Below are positions 27,962-37,260 of a stretch of DNA of 64,000 nucleotides, piece after piece. The DNA comes from Candidatus Omnitrophota bacterium (GTDB lineage Bacteria > Omnitrophota > Gorgyraeia > Duberdicusellales > 4484-171). How positions within the stretch are numbered: the first letter of the stretch is position 1; every line of letters starts with the position of its first letter. The translations under genes and the position numbers were made by a program. The stretch is taken from assembly GCA_043815185.1 (NCBI GenBank), contig JBDRJF010000001.1, positions 153,690 through 217,689 on the forward strand. The letters run 5' to 3'. The notes under the pieces are model-generated. The model searched no databases, was not told the origin of the DNA, and worked only from the letters and a program-made list of their open reading frames with translations.

Positions 27962-29026
27962 TCAAAGCCACTCCTTTAGCTCTAAAATAGCCTCTTTTAT
28001 AAGTGAGTACACTTCTCGATACGTCGCTATATTTCTACCTACGGGATCGGGGATATCTTGCTCTGTCTCAGAAGGAAGAAATTTCTTTAGGTTAAACACC
28101 TTTCCTTCAACTTTAGGTTCAAGTTTCAAAATATATTGGCTCTGAACATCCTCCATGGTAAAAATCAAGTCAGCTGTGAGAACCGTAAATTGATCTAGCT
28201 TCTGAGCACAGAATCTACTGGCATCTAAACCTTCATTCTCTCTTAAAATACTTACCACCAAAGGAGACACTTTTAAACCGGGGGGTGCGGATATTCCCCG
28301 GGAAATTACCTCATACCCCTCCTCATAGTAAGGTCTTATCTCTTTTAGGTACTTACTGAGAAGAAACTGAGCCATCGGGGAACGACAACTATTGCCGGTA
28401 CAGACAAAAAGAATCCTTTTTCTCACAAATTCTCTAACTATATCACGTTCGGAGATAATCCCTTCTCTTAAGACTTTAAAAGGTTTACTGGTTATATCTA
28501 TTACTGTCGAAGGTTGTGACTGAAGGCATTTACCTCCGTCGACGATTAGATCTAACTCCTTACCAAAAATATCTTCTACCTCCTCGGCTGATAGCGCTTC
28601 CTTCTGGCCGCTTATGTTTGCCGAAGGAAGGTAAATAGCTGCATCCAATTGGTTTAAAATTTCACTAGTGATGATATGTGAAGGAATCCGCACGCCGATC
28701 TTCTCGTTCTTAAGCGTATAGTAAATTATTGTCAACGGCCCAGGCCAAAACTTTTCTATCAGGCGGTAACCATAAGGGGGCAGGGTATCAAAATAATCTC
28801 TGATCACCTTATCCACACTTCCCAAAGCAAAAGAAAATGGTTTATCTTTAGGCCTCTTCTTTAAAGCATAGAGTTTGTTAACCTTATCCTTTTTCTCGGC
28901 ACAAACACCCAAGCCATACACTGTCTCTGTAGGTAAGGCCACTATACCTCCCTTTTGAATAATCTTCACTACTTTCTTAATTAAAGAATAATCAATATCT
29001 TGGGGATTGATGAAGATTTTTTGCAT
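27962..29026 (-). CDS. tsaC: L-threonylcarbamoyladenylate synthase (TsaC/YrdC domain) fused to a low-molecular-weight phosphatase domain
   Basis: 354 aa. Residues 1-~200 form a YrdC domain (KGGIVALPTETVYGLG, KKRPKDKPFSF). Residues ~203-354 form an LMW-PTP/arsenate-reductase fold with the P-loop FVCTGNSCRS and the Asp loop DIPDPVG. Confidence 0.8.
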   Translation of the reverse strand: MQKIFINPQDIDYSLIKKVVKIIQKGGIVALPTETVYGLGVCAEKKDKVNKLYALKKRPKDKPFSFALGSVDKVIRDYFDTLPPYGYRLIEKFWPGPLTIIYYTLKNEKIGVRIPSHIITSEILNQLDAAIYLPSANISGQKEALSAEEVEDIFGKELDLIVDGGKCLQSQPSTVIDITSKPFKVLREGIISERDIVREFVRKRILFVCTGNSCRSPMAQFLLSKYLKEIRPYYEEGYEVISRGISAPPGLKVSPLVVSILRENEGLDASRFCAQKLDQFTVLTADLIFTMEDVQSQYILKLEPKVEGKVFNLKKFLPSETEQDIPDPVGRNIATYREVYSLIKEAILELKEWL

Positions 29027-29481
29027 TATTTAAATTTTTTCTTCAAGGCTTCTAATTTAGGTAAATATTCCCTATATTTCAAGGAAAGAATCTCTAAAGC
29101 CAGGATGATGGCATTGATAAAGGCACTCTTACCTACACCGGTTGAGGCTATACCTAATCCTTGGGGTGTACTGACCATAGAAAAAAGGGCGTCTACTCCC
29201 TCAAGAAGCCCACCCTTTAAAGCTACCCCTAAGACCGGGATGTTTACGTAAGAGGCAATAAATCCCGGCAGAGCTGCGGCCATTCCGGCGCAGCCAATGA
29301 TTACTTCAATGCCTTGGCCTTCTATGCCCTGGCAAAATCCTCTCAGTTTCTCCGGATTTCTATGAGCCGAGATAATCTCCAGTCTATAACCAATATCCAG
29401 TTCTTTAAAAATCCTGATTCCTTCTTTTAGTTGCTCAAGATCGCTCTTACTCCCTAAAACAACAGCAATTTTCTCACCCAT
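29026..29481 (-). CDS. purE: N5-carboxyaminoimidazole ribonucleotide mutase
   Basis: 151 aa with IAVVLGSKSDLE and ISAHRNP. Confidence 0.85.
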   Translation of the reverse strand: MGEKIAVVLGSKSDLEQLKEGIRIFKELDIGYRLEIISAHRNPEKLRGFCQGIEGQGIEVIIGCAGMAAALPGFIASYVNIPVLGVALKGGLLEGVDALFSMVSTPQGLGIASTGVGKSAFINAIILALEILSLKYREYLPKLEALKKKFK

Positions 29482-29581
29482 TTCCCCCCCCTTTTTTTTG
29501 CAGTAACTTATTTTATCGCTTAAATAAAAAAATTCAATCTTTTATTCCAGTAGACTATACTAAGGCAAGTTCTGAAGGAAA

Positions 29582-30865
29582 TTAGCGGTTTAGGGCTTTA
29601 CTTCCGATATCCCGGCGGTAATGCATCTGATCAAAACTAATAGACTCTATAGCTTTATAGGCTTTATCCTGAGCCTCTCCTAAATCCTGCCCCAAAGCGG
29701 TAATATTAAGGACTCTTCCTCCGTTGGTGGCAAATCTAAAACCAGAAGAAGCACCTAAGGACTTGGTCCCGGCGTGAAAAACAAAAACATCATCTAAACC
29801 TTCTAAAGCCTCAAGGCCCCGTATTTCTTTTCCCTGCTGGTAAGCGGCTGGGTAACCTCCGGAAGCTAATACCACACAAAGACAAGATCTTTTATCCCAG
29901 ACAAGCTCTAGCTCAGTGAGCTGATTATCCAAACTTTTTAATATAACCTCGACTAAGTCGCTCTTAAGCTTGGGTAAGATAACCTGAGTCTCGGGATCAC
30001 CAAACCTTACGTTAAACTCAAGAACCCAAGGCGAATTATCCTTGATCATTAAACCAATGTAAAGTATTCCTCTATAAGGCCGGCCTTCTTTCTGAAAACC
30101 GGCAATAAGCGGAGTGGTTATCCGCTTCTTAATCTGGGCTAAAATTTCATCATCCACTACCGGAGCCGGGGCATAAGCACCCATTCCACCGGTATTAGGC
30201 CCTTTATCACCGTCATAAACCGTTTTGTGATCCTGAGAAGAAACTAAAGGAATAACCGTATCTCCGTCAGTAATAACCAAAATAGAAGCCTCCTCTCCCT
30301 CTAAGCATTCCTCAATCACAATTTTTTCTCCGGCCGGACCAAACTTCTTCTCGATCATCATCAGATCAATTGCAGCTTCTGCTTCTTTAAGAGTCCTGGC
30401 TATAACCACCCCCTTACCAGCAGCTAAACCGTCGGCCTTTATTACCAGCGGAAGACTTTTTTTTCTTAAATAGGTTTTTGCCGGGGCCGGGGCATCAAAA
30501 ATCATAAAATCAGCTGTAGGGATATTGTATTTTCGCATTGTTTCTTTGGCAAATATCTTACTGCCTTCTAAAAGCGCCAACTCTTTTCTCGGGCCAAAGA
30601 TTTTTAAACCGCTGTCTTCAAACTTATCAACAATTCCCTCAACCAAAGAAGCCTCTGGGCCGACAATAGTTAAATCTATTTTTTGCTCTATTGCAAACTT
30701 TAAAAGCCCCTCAATATCAATAGCTGCTATATCTACATTCTCAGCAACTAGAGAAGTGCCGCCATTGCCAGGAGCACAATAGAGTTTACCGACTAGGGGA
30801 GACTGAGCTATTTTCCAGCTCAAGCAGTGTTCTCTGCCGCCGGAACCGACAATAAGTACCTTCAT
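29582..30865 (-). CDS. purD: phosphoribosylamine-glycine ligase
   Basis: 427 aa starting MKVLIVGSGGREH, with an ATP-grasp body. Confidence 0.9.
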   Translation of the reverse strand: MKVLIVGSGGREHCLSWKIAQSPLVGKLYCAPGNGGTSLVAENVDIAAIDIEGLLKFAIEQKIDLTIVGPEASLVEGIVDKFEDSGLKIFGPRKELALLEGSKIFAKETMRKYNIPTADFMIFDAPAPAKTYLRKKSLPLVIKADGLAAGKGVVIARTLKEAEAAIDLMMIEKKFGPAGEKIVIEECLEGEEASILVITDGDTVIPLVSSQDHKTVYDGDKGPNTGGMGAYAPAPVVDDEILAQIKKRITTPLIAGFQKEGRPYRGILYIGLMIKDNSPWVLEFNVRFGDPETQVILPKLKSDLVEVILKSLDNQLTELELVWDKRSCLCVVLASGGYPAAYQQGKEIRGLEALEGLDDVFVFHAGTKSLGASSGFRFATNGGRVLNITALGQDLGEAQDKAYKAIESISFDQMHYRRDIGSKALNR

Positions 30866-31851
30866 GCTAAGGCCATTTTTTTGTTTGACTTAACGATTTT
30901 GCCGATAAGGTGAGTTTTGCAGCTCTTATTTAAAGTGGTTAAGGCTTTCTTTGAAAATTTCTTATCTACAACTAAAACCATGCCTATGCCCATATTAAAT
31001 ACTGAATACATCTCTTTCTGGCCCAGGTGAGCTTTTTTCTGAATAATATTAAAAATCTTGGGAACTTTCCAGCTTTTTTTATCAATAACCATCCCGTAAC
31101 CTTTAGGTAGAATCTTTGTTACCTTATTGTAAAATGCTCCTCCGGTGACATGAGCAATCCCTTTCAGGGCTGAATAGTTATTCCCAAAAACCGAGAGCAA
31201 GGAAAGTACTGGTTTTACATAAATCCGGGTCGGTTTTAATACTTCTTTCTTGTATTTTTTAAGTCCTTTTAAACCAAGAACTTTCCGAACTAAAGTAAAG
31301 CCATTGGAATGAATTCCGTTTGACTCCAAACCAATTACCAAATCCCCTTTTTTAATCCTTCTGCCGTCGATTATCTTATTCTTATCAACAATACCGACAC
31401 AAAAACCTGCTAAATCATATTCACCTTTTTCATACATTCCCGGCATCTCAGCAGTCTCTCCACCCAAAAGTAAGCATTCAGCATCTTTTAAGCCTTTTTT
31501 TATCCCAGATACGACATCTGTCAGTGTCTTAATATTAACCTTCCCGCAAGCAATGTAATCTAGGAAAAATAAGGGTTTTGCTCCAATACAGACGATATCA
31601 TTGACATTCATAGCCACTAAGTCAATACCCACCGTATTATGAATATTTACATATTGGGCAATCTTTAACTTTGTTCCCACACCATCGGTTGAAGATGCTA
31701 ATAGGGGATTTTTGTACTTTTTAAACAGGGGTTGCAGGCGAAAAAGAGAACCAAAAGCTTCTACCTTGCTGACATTGTCAACCTTAATTCCTTTAGCAAA
31801 ATCTTCTGCTTTTTTAATATCTACACCAGCTTTCTTGTAAGTAATTCCCAT
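30862..31851 (-). CDS. purM: phosphoribosylformylglycinamidine cyclo-ligase
   Basis: 329 aa with STDGVGTKLKIA. Confidence 0.9.
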   Translation of the reverse strand: MGITYKKAGVDIKKAEDFAKGIKVDNVSKVEAFGSLFRLQPLFKKYKNPLLASSTDGVGTKLKIAQYVNIHNTVGIDLVAMNVNDIVCIGAKPLFFLDYIACGKVNIKTLTDVVSGIKKGLKDAECLLLGGETAEMPGMYEKGEYDLAGFCVGIVDKNKIIDGRRIKKGDLVIGLESNGIHSNGFTLVRKVLGLKGLKKYKKEVLKPTRIYVKPVLSLLSVFGNNYSALKGIAHVTGGAFYNKVTKILPKGYGMVIDKKSWKVPKIFNIIQKKAHLGQKEMYSVFNMGIGMVLVVDKKFSKKALTTLNKSCKTHLIGKIVKSNKKMALA

Positions 31852-31853
31852 TC

Positions 31854-34043
31854 TTAGTCTTCCACTATCTTAGGTATAGCTTGCTTATAAGTTTTCTCCA
31901 GATCACTAACGCTTAGGTTAATAAAATCGTTAATCTTTAAACTATCTCCTTTTACTTCTCCAATCAGATTACAATTAACGCTAGACTTCTTGGCTATCTC
32001 CATAATCTTATCTTTATTATCTGAAGAAGCACTAATGATAATTCTTGATTGAGTCTCGCCAAAAAGCAAGGCATCTTTACGAATATTATCACCTAGGTTT
32101 ACACTGGTTCCCTTTTGACCGGCAATACAACTTTCTGCCAAGGCAACAGCTAATCCGCCTTCAGAACAACCCTTAGCACTTTTTGTTATGCCTGACTTTA
32201 TCATCTCTAAGGCTGCGGCTTGCACACCCTTCTCCTTTACTAAATCTAATTGAGGAGAAAGGCCTTTTACCAAATTATGTACTATTCTTAGATACTGAGA
32301 GCCGCCTAATTCTTCTTCATTTTCTCCAAGCAAAAATATTAAATCATTTTCATCCTTAAAATCCTGGCTGGTTACCTGTTTAGCATCATCAATTGAACCT
32401 ACCATCCCGATTACCGGTGTAGGATAAATTGCGCCTTTAGGGCTTTCGTTATTGAAACTAACGTTTCCGCTTACTACCGGAACATCCAAAGCTTTACAAG
32501 CTTCGGCAATACCCGAGATAACCTTCTCGAACTGCCAATAAACTTCCGGGTTGTATGGGCTGCCGAAATTCAAACCATCAGTAACCCCCAAAGGCTCTGC
32601 CCCACAACAGATGAGATTTCTTGCAGCTTGAGCTACAGAAATCTTTCCTCCGGTAAGAGGGTCAAGATAGCAATAAAGCCCGTTACCGTCTACTGTAGCA
32701 GCAATTGGCCTATTGATTTCGGAAACATAATAAACCGCGGTATCCCCGCCAGCGGGAATACAGGAATCTTTAAGCAGATTGTTATCAACCTTTTTGGCAA
32801 TCCATTCTTTGGAAGCAAGGGTGGGATGGCCAAGAAGAGTAAGCAAAGTCTGGTTATAATCTTGAGGTTCTTCTATTTTCTCTAAATTTAAATCCCTTGT
32901 TTGCTTTAAGTATTCCGGTTCTTTTGTTTCCCTCGTATATTCAGGCCCTTCTGCTAAAAATTGAGGCGGAATTTCTGCTACCACATTGTCATTATCTTTT
33001 ACTCTTAAAACTTTATCGGCAATAACTTTACCGATAACTTTAGAATCAACTTCCCATTTGTTAAATATTTCTTCGACTTTAGGCAAATCCTCAGGTTTAA
33101 TGATTAAAAGCATTCTTTCCTGGGATTCAGAAAGCATCACCTCGTAAGGGGTCATTCCCTCTTCTTTGCGCGGAACAAAAGAAATATCTATTTCAATACC
33201 GGTGCCGGCCTTATATGCTGTCTCAGAAGTTGAACATACCAGTCCTGCTGCACCCATATCTTGCATCCCAACAATTAATTTCTTCTCAACAAGCTCTAAG
33301 CAGGCCTTCTCTAACACCCTGCCTATTTTAGGATCGCCTATAGCTACAGCACCGGTATTGCTCACAGAGCTCTCATCTAAACCAGCCGAAGCAAAACTTG
33401 CCCCTTCCACACCGTCTCTACCGGTAGGGCCCCCAACAATCAACACTAAATTTCCTACACCTTCCGCTTTAGCTTTCACCTGATTGCTTTTCTTCAAAAT
33501 GCCTACCACCATAGCATTAACTAAGGGGTTTCCTTGATAGAAGTCATCACAATAAACTTCTCCGGCTAAGGCCGGAAAACCAATTTCATTAGCATAATCA
33601 GTAAACCCTCGAGCTATTTCTTTAAAAAGAAAAACCGTTCTTTCATTATCCATTGACCCAAATCTTAAAGAGCTTAAAAGAAATTTAGTCGCAGCCCCCA
33701 CAGAAAAAATATCTCTAATACACCCGCCGCCGCCGGTAGCACTTGCCTCGTATGGCTCAACAGCTGAAGGATGGTTATGGGACTCGACCTTAAAAACTAT
33801 TGCGTAATCGTCAGTTACAGAAACTGCTCCCGAATTCTCTCCTGTCCCGATAAAGACCTTTTCCCCCTCTTTGGGTAAAAGCTTTAGGAGCCTTTTGGAA
33901 TTTTTATAAGAACAGTGCTCAGACCACATAGCACTAAATAATCCTAATTCTGTATAATTTAGTTCACGCTTTAATAATTCTTTTATCTTCTCGTACTCTG
34001 AATTACTTAAACCCAATTCCTGTGCTACTTTTAAACCCTCCAT
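31854..34043 (-). CDS. purL: phosphoribosylformylglycinamidine synthase subunit PurL
   Basis: 729 aa with WSEHCSYKNS and VESHNHPSAVEPY. No purS or purQ lies adjacent. Confidence 0.9.
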   Translation of the reverse strand: MEGLKVAQELGLSNSEYEKIKELLKRELNYTELGLFSAMWSEHCSYKNSKRLLKLLPKEGEKVFIGTGENSGAVSVTDDYAIVFKVESHNHPSAVEPYEASATGGGGCIRDIFSVGAATKFLLSSLRFGSMDNERTVFLFKEIARGFTDYANEIGFPALAGEVYCDDFYQGNPLVNAMVVGILKKSNQVKAKAEGVGNLVLIVGGPTGRDGVEGASFASAGLDESSVSNTGAVAIGDPKIGRVLEKACLELVEKKLIVGMQDMGAAGLVCSTSETAYKAGTGIEIDISFVPRKEEGMTPYEVMLSESQERMLLIIKPEDLPKVEEIFNKWEVDSKVIGKVIADKVLRVKDNDNVVAEIPPQFLAEGPEYTRETKEPEYLKQTRDLNLEKIEEPQDYNQTLLTLLGHPTLASKEWIAKKVDNNLLKDSCIPAGGDTAVYYVSEINRPIAATVDGNGLYCYLDPLTGGKISVAQAARNLICCGAEPLGVTDGLNFGSPYNPEVYWQFEKVISGIAEACKALDVPVVSGNVSFNNESPKGAIYPTPVIGMVGSIDDAKQVTSQDFKDENDLIFLLGENEEELGGSQYLRIVHNLVKGLSPQLDLVKEKGVQAAALEMIKSGITKSAKGCSEGGLAVALAESCIAGQKGTSVNLGDNIRKDALLFGETQSRIIISASSDNKDKIMEIAKKSSVNCNLIGEVKGDSLKINDFINLSVSDLEKTYKQAIPKIVED

Positions 34044-34094
34044 ATTACACCTCGCTTTAGCTTAAATTTGCCTCATACTTTAATAAAATACGCA

Positions 34095-34141
34095 TAAAAA
34101 AAGCGTCCTGCCTTCGCTTCGTCGCATTAAGAAAGGACGCC
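34095..34141 (-). terminator. intrinsic-terminator-like hairpin between purB and purL
   Basis: The minus-strand RNA reads GGCGUCCUUUCUU...AAGGCAGGACGC: a 7-bp G+C-rich stem, extendable by 4 bp across one mismatch, followed directly by U7 (plus-strand A7 at 34096-34102). Confidence 0.6.
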
Positions 34142-34154
34142 TCTGTCCTTCCTC

Positions 34155-34182
34155 AATATATCAATCTAAATTATTTTGTCAA
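34155..34182 (-). promoter_or_regulatory. promoter-like element (TTGACA-16-TATATT) just upstream of the terminator hairpin
   Basis: On the minus strand, TTGACA is at 34177-34182 and TATATT at 34155-34160. It could be fortuitous in AT-rich spacer DNA. Confidence 0.35.
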
Positions 34183-34256
34183 GAAAACTTTTTATTAAAA
34201 AATAACTTTTGCGGTATGCCGGTCAAGCTGGTTAAGCATAGGGGATTGAATAAGTC

Positions 34257-35549
34257 TTATCCTAACTTAAATCTCTTGTAAATCTTATCAATATTAGCCA
34301 AATAGGTATAGGGATTAAAAATAGCTTCTAACTCTTCTTTTTTCAAGAATTTTTTTATTTGTTTATCAGCTAAAGTTTCGGTTCTGAAATTTGAGTTTTT
34401 ATTGATAACTTTCAAAGCTACTCTTTGGACGATATCATAAGCTTTCATTCGGGTTAAACCCTTGTCCATAAGCTTAATAAGCAGCTTCTGGGAGTAAATA
34501 ATACCCCGGTTGATTTCGATGTTCTTGAGCATATTCTTGGGTTTAACATTCAGGTTTTTAATCACTTCTTTAAACTTCTTCAAAACATAATCCAGAATAA
34601 TTGTTGAATCAGGCAGAATCACCCGTTCAGCTGATGAGTGGGATATATCCCGCTCATGCCAAAGATTTATATTCTCAGAGCCGGCTATAGTATTAGCCCG
34701 TAAAATCCGGGCTAAGCCGCAAATCCGCTCACAAATTATCGGGTTCTGTTTATGGGGCATAGCGCTTGAACCTTTCTGGCCCTTGTAAAAAGGTTCTTTT
34801 ACCTCATCAACTTCGTTGCGGTGTAAGTGCCTAATCTCAGTAGCAAAACGCTCCAGTGTCGAACCAACTAAAGAAAGAACGAACAGATAATAAGCAATTC
34901 TCTCCCGGGAAACTATCTGAGTAGAAACATTGGCTCGGTTTATGCCGATTTTCTTGCAGATATAATCTTCGATCTTAGGCTGAAAATAAGCAAAGGTTCC
35001 CACGGCTCCGGAAATTTTACCCTGGGCAACATAACTTAAACTTTCAGCTAAAATCCGGCGCTCTTCGATTAAATCATTGTAAAGGTATAAGAATTTTAAG
35101 CCGAAACTATAGATTTCAGCATGAACACCGTGGGTCCGGGCCATGCAGAGAGTAACTTTATATTTAAGAGCCTTCTGCTTAACCTCAGCTAAAACTAAAT
35201 CAAGATCTTTTAAAATAATTTTGGTTGCATCCTTTATCTGCCAAGCTAAAGTCGTATCCAGAAGGTCCGATGAAGTTAACCCGATGTGCAGATACTGGGC
35301 TTTATTTTTTAGCTGGCCGGAGATATGTTTTAGAAAGGCAACAATATCGTGGTGGGTTTTCTCTTCAATTTTTCTTATTTTCTGAGGAGAAATTTTCACT
35401 CGCCTAAAGGCTTTGCTGGTACCTTGAGGTATTCTCTTGGCTTTTTCTAAAGCCTCGCAGAGTAAAACTTCAATCTTTAAAAAGCGTTCAAACTTTCCGT
35501 CCTCGCTCCAAACCTTACCAATTTCAGCCGGTGTATAGCGCTTAATCAT
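34257..35549 (-). CDS. purB: adenylosuccinate lyase
   Basis: 430 aa with the signature GSSAMPHKQNP. Confidence 0.9.
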   Translation of the reverse strand: MIKRYTPAEIGKVWSEDGKFERFLKIEVLLCEALEKAKRIPQGTSKAFRRVKISPQKIRKIEEKTHHDIVAFLKHISGQLKNKAQYLHIGLTSSDLLDTTLAWQIKDATKIILKDLDLVLAEVKQKALKYKVTLCMARTHGVHAEIYSFGLKFLYLYNDLIEERRILAESLSYVAQGKISGAVGTFAYFQPKIEDYICKKIGINRANVSTQIVSRERIAYYLFVLSLVGSTLERFATEIRHLHRNEVDEVKEPFYKGQKGSSAMPHKQNPIICERICGLARILRANTIAGSENINLWHERDISHSSAERVILPDSTIILDYVLKKFKEVIKNLNVKPKNMLKNIEINRGIIYSQKLLIKLMDKGLTRMKAYDIVQRVALKVINKNSNFRTETLADKQIKKFLKKEELEAIFNPYTYLANIDKIYKRFKLG

Positions 35550-35657
35550 ACCTCATATCCTATCAAAACATCACGCCAGAGTCAATGAGAATAGGCGGCT
35601 TTTTAGAAATGCCAAGAGAAATAGCACTCTTTCCAAACCTTGTTGGGAAGGGAAAAA

Positions 35658-36296
35658 TTACAATTTTTGCTTAAGCTTATCTACTGCCTGTTCCAGTGCC
35701 GAGATTTTCTCCTGCTGCTGTTTTATTGCCTCAATCAATACCGGTATAATACTGGTATAGTCAACGCCTAAGTATCCCTCCTGATCATCAACCACAGTTA
35801 CAGCTTCCGGCAATGTTTCCTGAACATTTTGAGCAATAAGGCCCAATTCTCGCTTATCTGAACCAATCATGTTGAAGTAGACACCATTGATGGCTTCTAG
35901 CTTTGAGATGGGATTACCGATAACCACAATATTTTCCTTGAGCCGCCGATCAGAAACATCGGTTAATGTACCAGTGTAATTAATATTACCGATTACATCC
36001 AGATTCCCCACTATATCCAAAGCAACATCAGGATTCCAGGTATTAATGCCGACGTTCCCTTCAACCAGTAAAATATCATCAGAATCGATGATATTGGTAC
36101 AAGCACCGCTCCAGCAATACTCTCCGGAGTCATAATAATTGGTTCCGATAGCCAATCTCAGCGAACGTACTTCATTATATACCCCATAGGGTGCCGGATA
36201 GTAAGTAGTCAGGGTAATGTCTTCGGCAAAAGCAAAACAGTAAAACAGACTAATAAATAAAGCAAACCAAAATTGGACAAGCTTTAATCTTCTCAT
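35658..36296 (-). CDS. secreted tail-fibre-like protein with C-terminal Peptidase S74 intramolecular-chaperone domain (paralog 1)
   Basis: 212 aa. The signal peptide is MRRLKLVQFWFALFISLFYCFAFA, followed by the conserved module EDITLTTYYPAPYGVYNEVR. Residues 115-212 (SDRRLKENI...GVYF...GLIAQNVQETLPEAV...VDYTSIIPVLIEAIKQQQEKISALEQ) match the endosialidase/tail-spike chaperone domain. A GAGGAGGAGG Shine-Dalgarno sequence precedes the start. Confidence 0.75.
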   Translation of the reverse strand: MRRLKLVQFWFALFISLFYCFAFAEDITLTTYYPAPYGVYNEVRSLRLAIGTNYYDSGEYCWSGACTNIIDSDDILLVEGNVGINTWNPDVALDIVGNLDVIGNINYTGTLTDVSDRRLKENIVVIGNPISKLEAINGVYFNMIGSDKRELGLIAQNVQETLPEAVTVVDDQEGYLGVDYTSIIPVLIEAIKQQQEKISALEQAVDKLKQKL

Positions 36297-36358
36297 TCCT
36301 GCCTCCTCCTCTTTTCTTTAAGCTTTAGCTGAAACATAGCTGATCGCTAATCAGGATT

Positions 36359-36387
36359 ATTATATATTTTATTTTCTGGTTATACAA
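36359..36387 (-). promoter_or_regulatory. candidate own promoter of fibre paralog 1 (TTGTAT-17-TATAAT)
   Basis: On the minus strand, TTGTAT is at 36382-36387 and TATAAT at 36359-36364. Confidence 0.4.
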
Positions 36388-36415
36388 ATTATTTTTGGGA
36401 AAAAATAGGTTACTT

Positions 36416-37234
36416 TCACTGCTTTGCTGAAAAACTCTCAGCTCTCGACGGAAATTTACCTTGCTTAACATCTTTAATAAAAAGAGCAGCGGCTTCTTTT
36501 ATCTCTGAAGCCAGATCCTTATAAACCCTTACAAATTTAGGCCGTTTCTCTTTATAAAGACCAAGAAAATCGTAACTAACCAGAACCTGGCCGTCGCAGT
36601 ATTTTCCAGCCCCGATACCAATAGTAGGAATTTTCAACTCCTTAGTAATCCTCCGGGCCAGTAAATAAGGAACGCACTCTAAAACCAGGCTAAATACCCC
36701 TAGATCCTCAAGCATTTTGGCCTGCTTGATTAAATTTAAAGCACTTTTAGGGTCTCGGCCCTGGACTTTGTATCCGCCCAAGAGATGAACAGTCTGGGGA
36801 GTAAGGCCAATATGGCCCATAACCGGTATTTTGTTTTTAATCAACTTCTTTACTACATAACCACAATCCTTCTTGTTTTTAGCCGAAAACCACTCTACTT
36901 TTACCGCTTCAGCACCGAGGCTAATGAACTTAGCCGCGTAGTCCAAACACTTTTCAGGACTCCTTTGGTAAGCAGCATAAGGCATATCTGCTACCACTAA
37001 AGCCCTGCTAACTCCTTTAGCTACAGCCCGGGTATGATTGAACATTTCAGCTAACTGGAGGTAACGGGTCTCCTTCATTCCCAAGACTACGTTAGAAAGC
37101 GAATCTCCGATTAAAACTATATCAATACCAGTAGAATCTAAAATCCCGGCAAAAGAGTAATCATAACAGGTAAGCATGGTTATCTTAGTTTTACCTTTCT
37201 TTTTGCGGATATCATTGATGGTTACCTTAGGCAT
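36416..37234 (-). CDS. panB: 3-methyl-2-oxobutanoate hydroxymethyltransferase
   Basis: 272 aa with ITMLTCYDYSFAG and VLIGDSL. Confidence 0.9.
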   Translation of the reverse strand: MPKVTINDIRKKKGKTKITMLTCYDYSFAGILDSTGIDIVLIGDSLSNVVLGMKETRYLQLAEMFNHTRAVAKGVSRALVVADMPYAAYQRSPEKCLDYAAKFISLGAEAVKVEWFSAKNKKDCGYVVKKLIKNKIPVMGHIGLTPQTVHLLGGYKVQGRDPKSALNLIKQAKMLEDLGVFSLVLECVPYLLARRITKELKIPTIGIGAGKYCDGQVLVSYDFLGLYKEKRPKFVRVYKDLASEIKEAAALFIKDVKQGKFPSRAESFSAKQ

Positions 37235-37260
37235 AAATGCAACCTTTTCCTTTTAATAAA

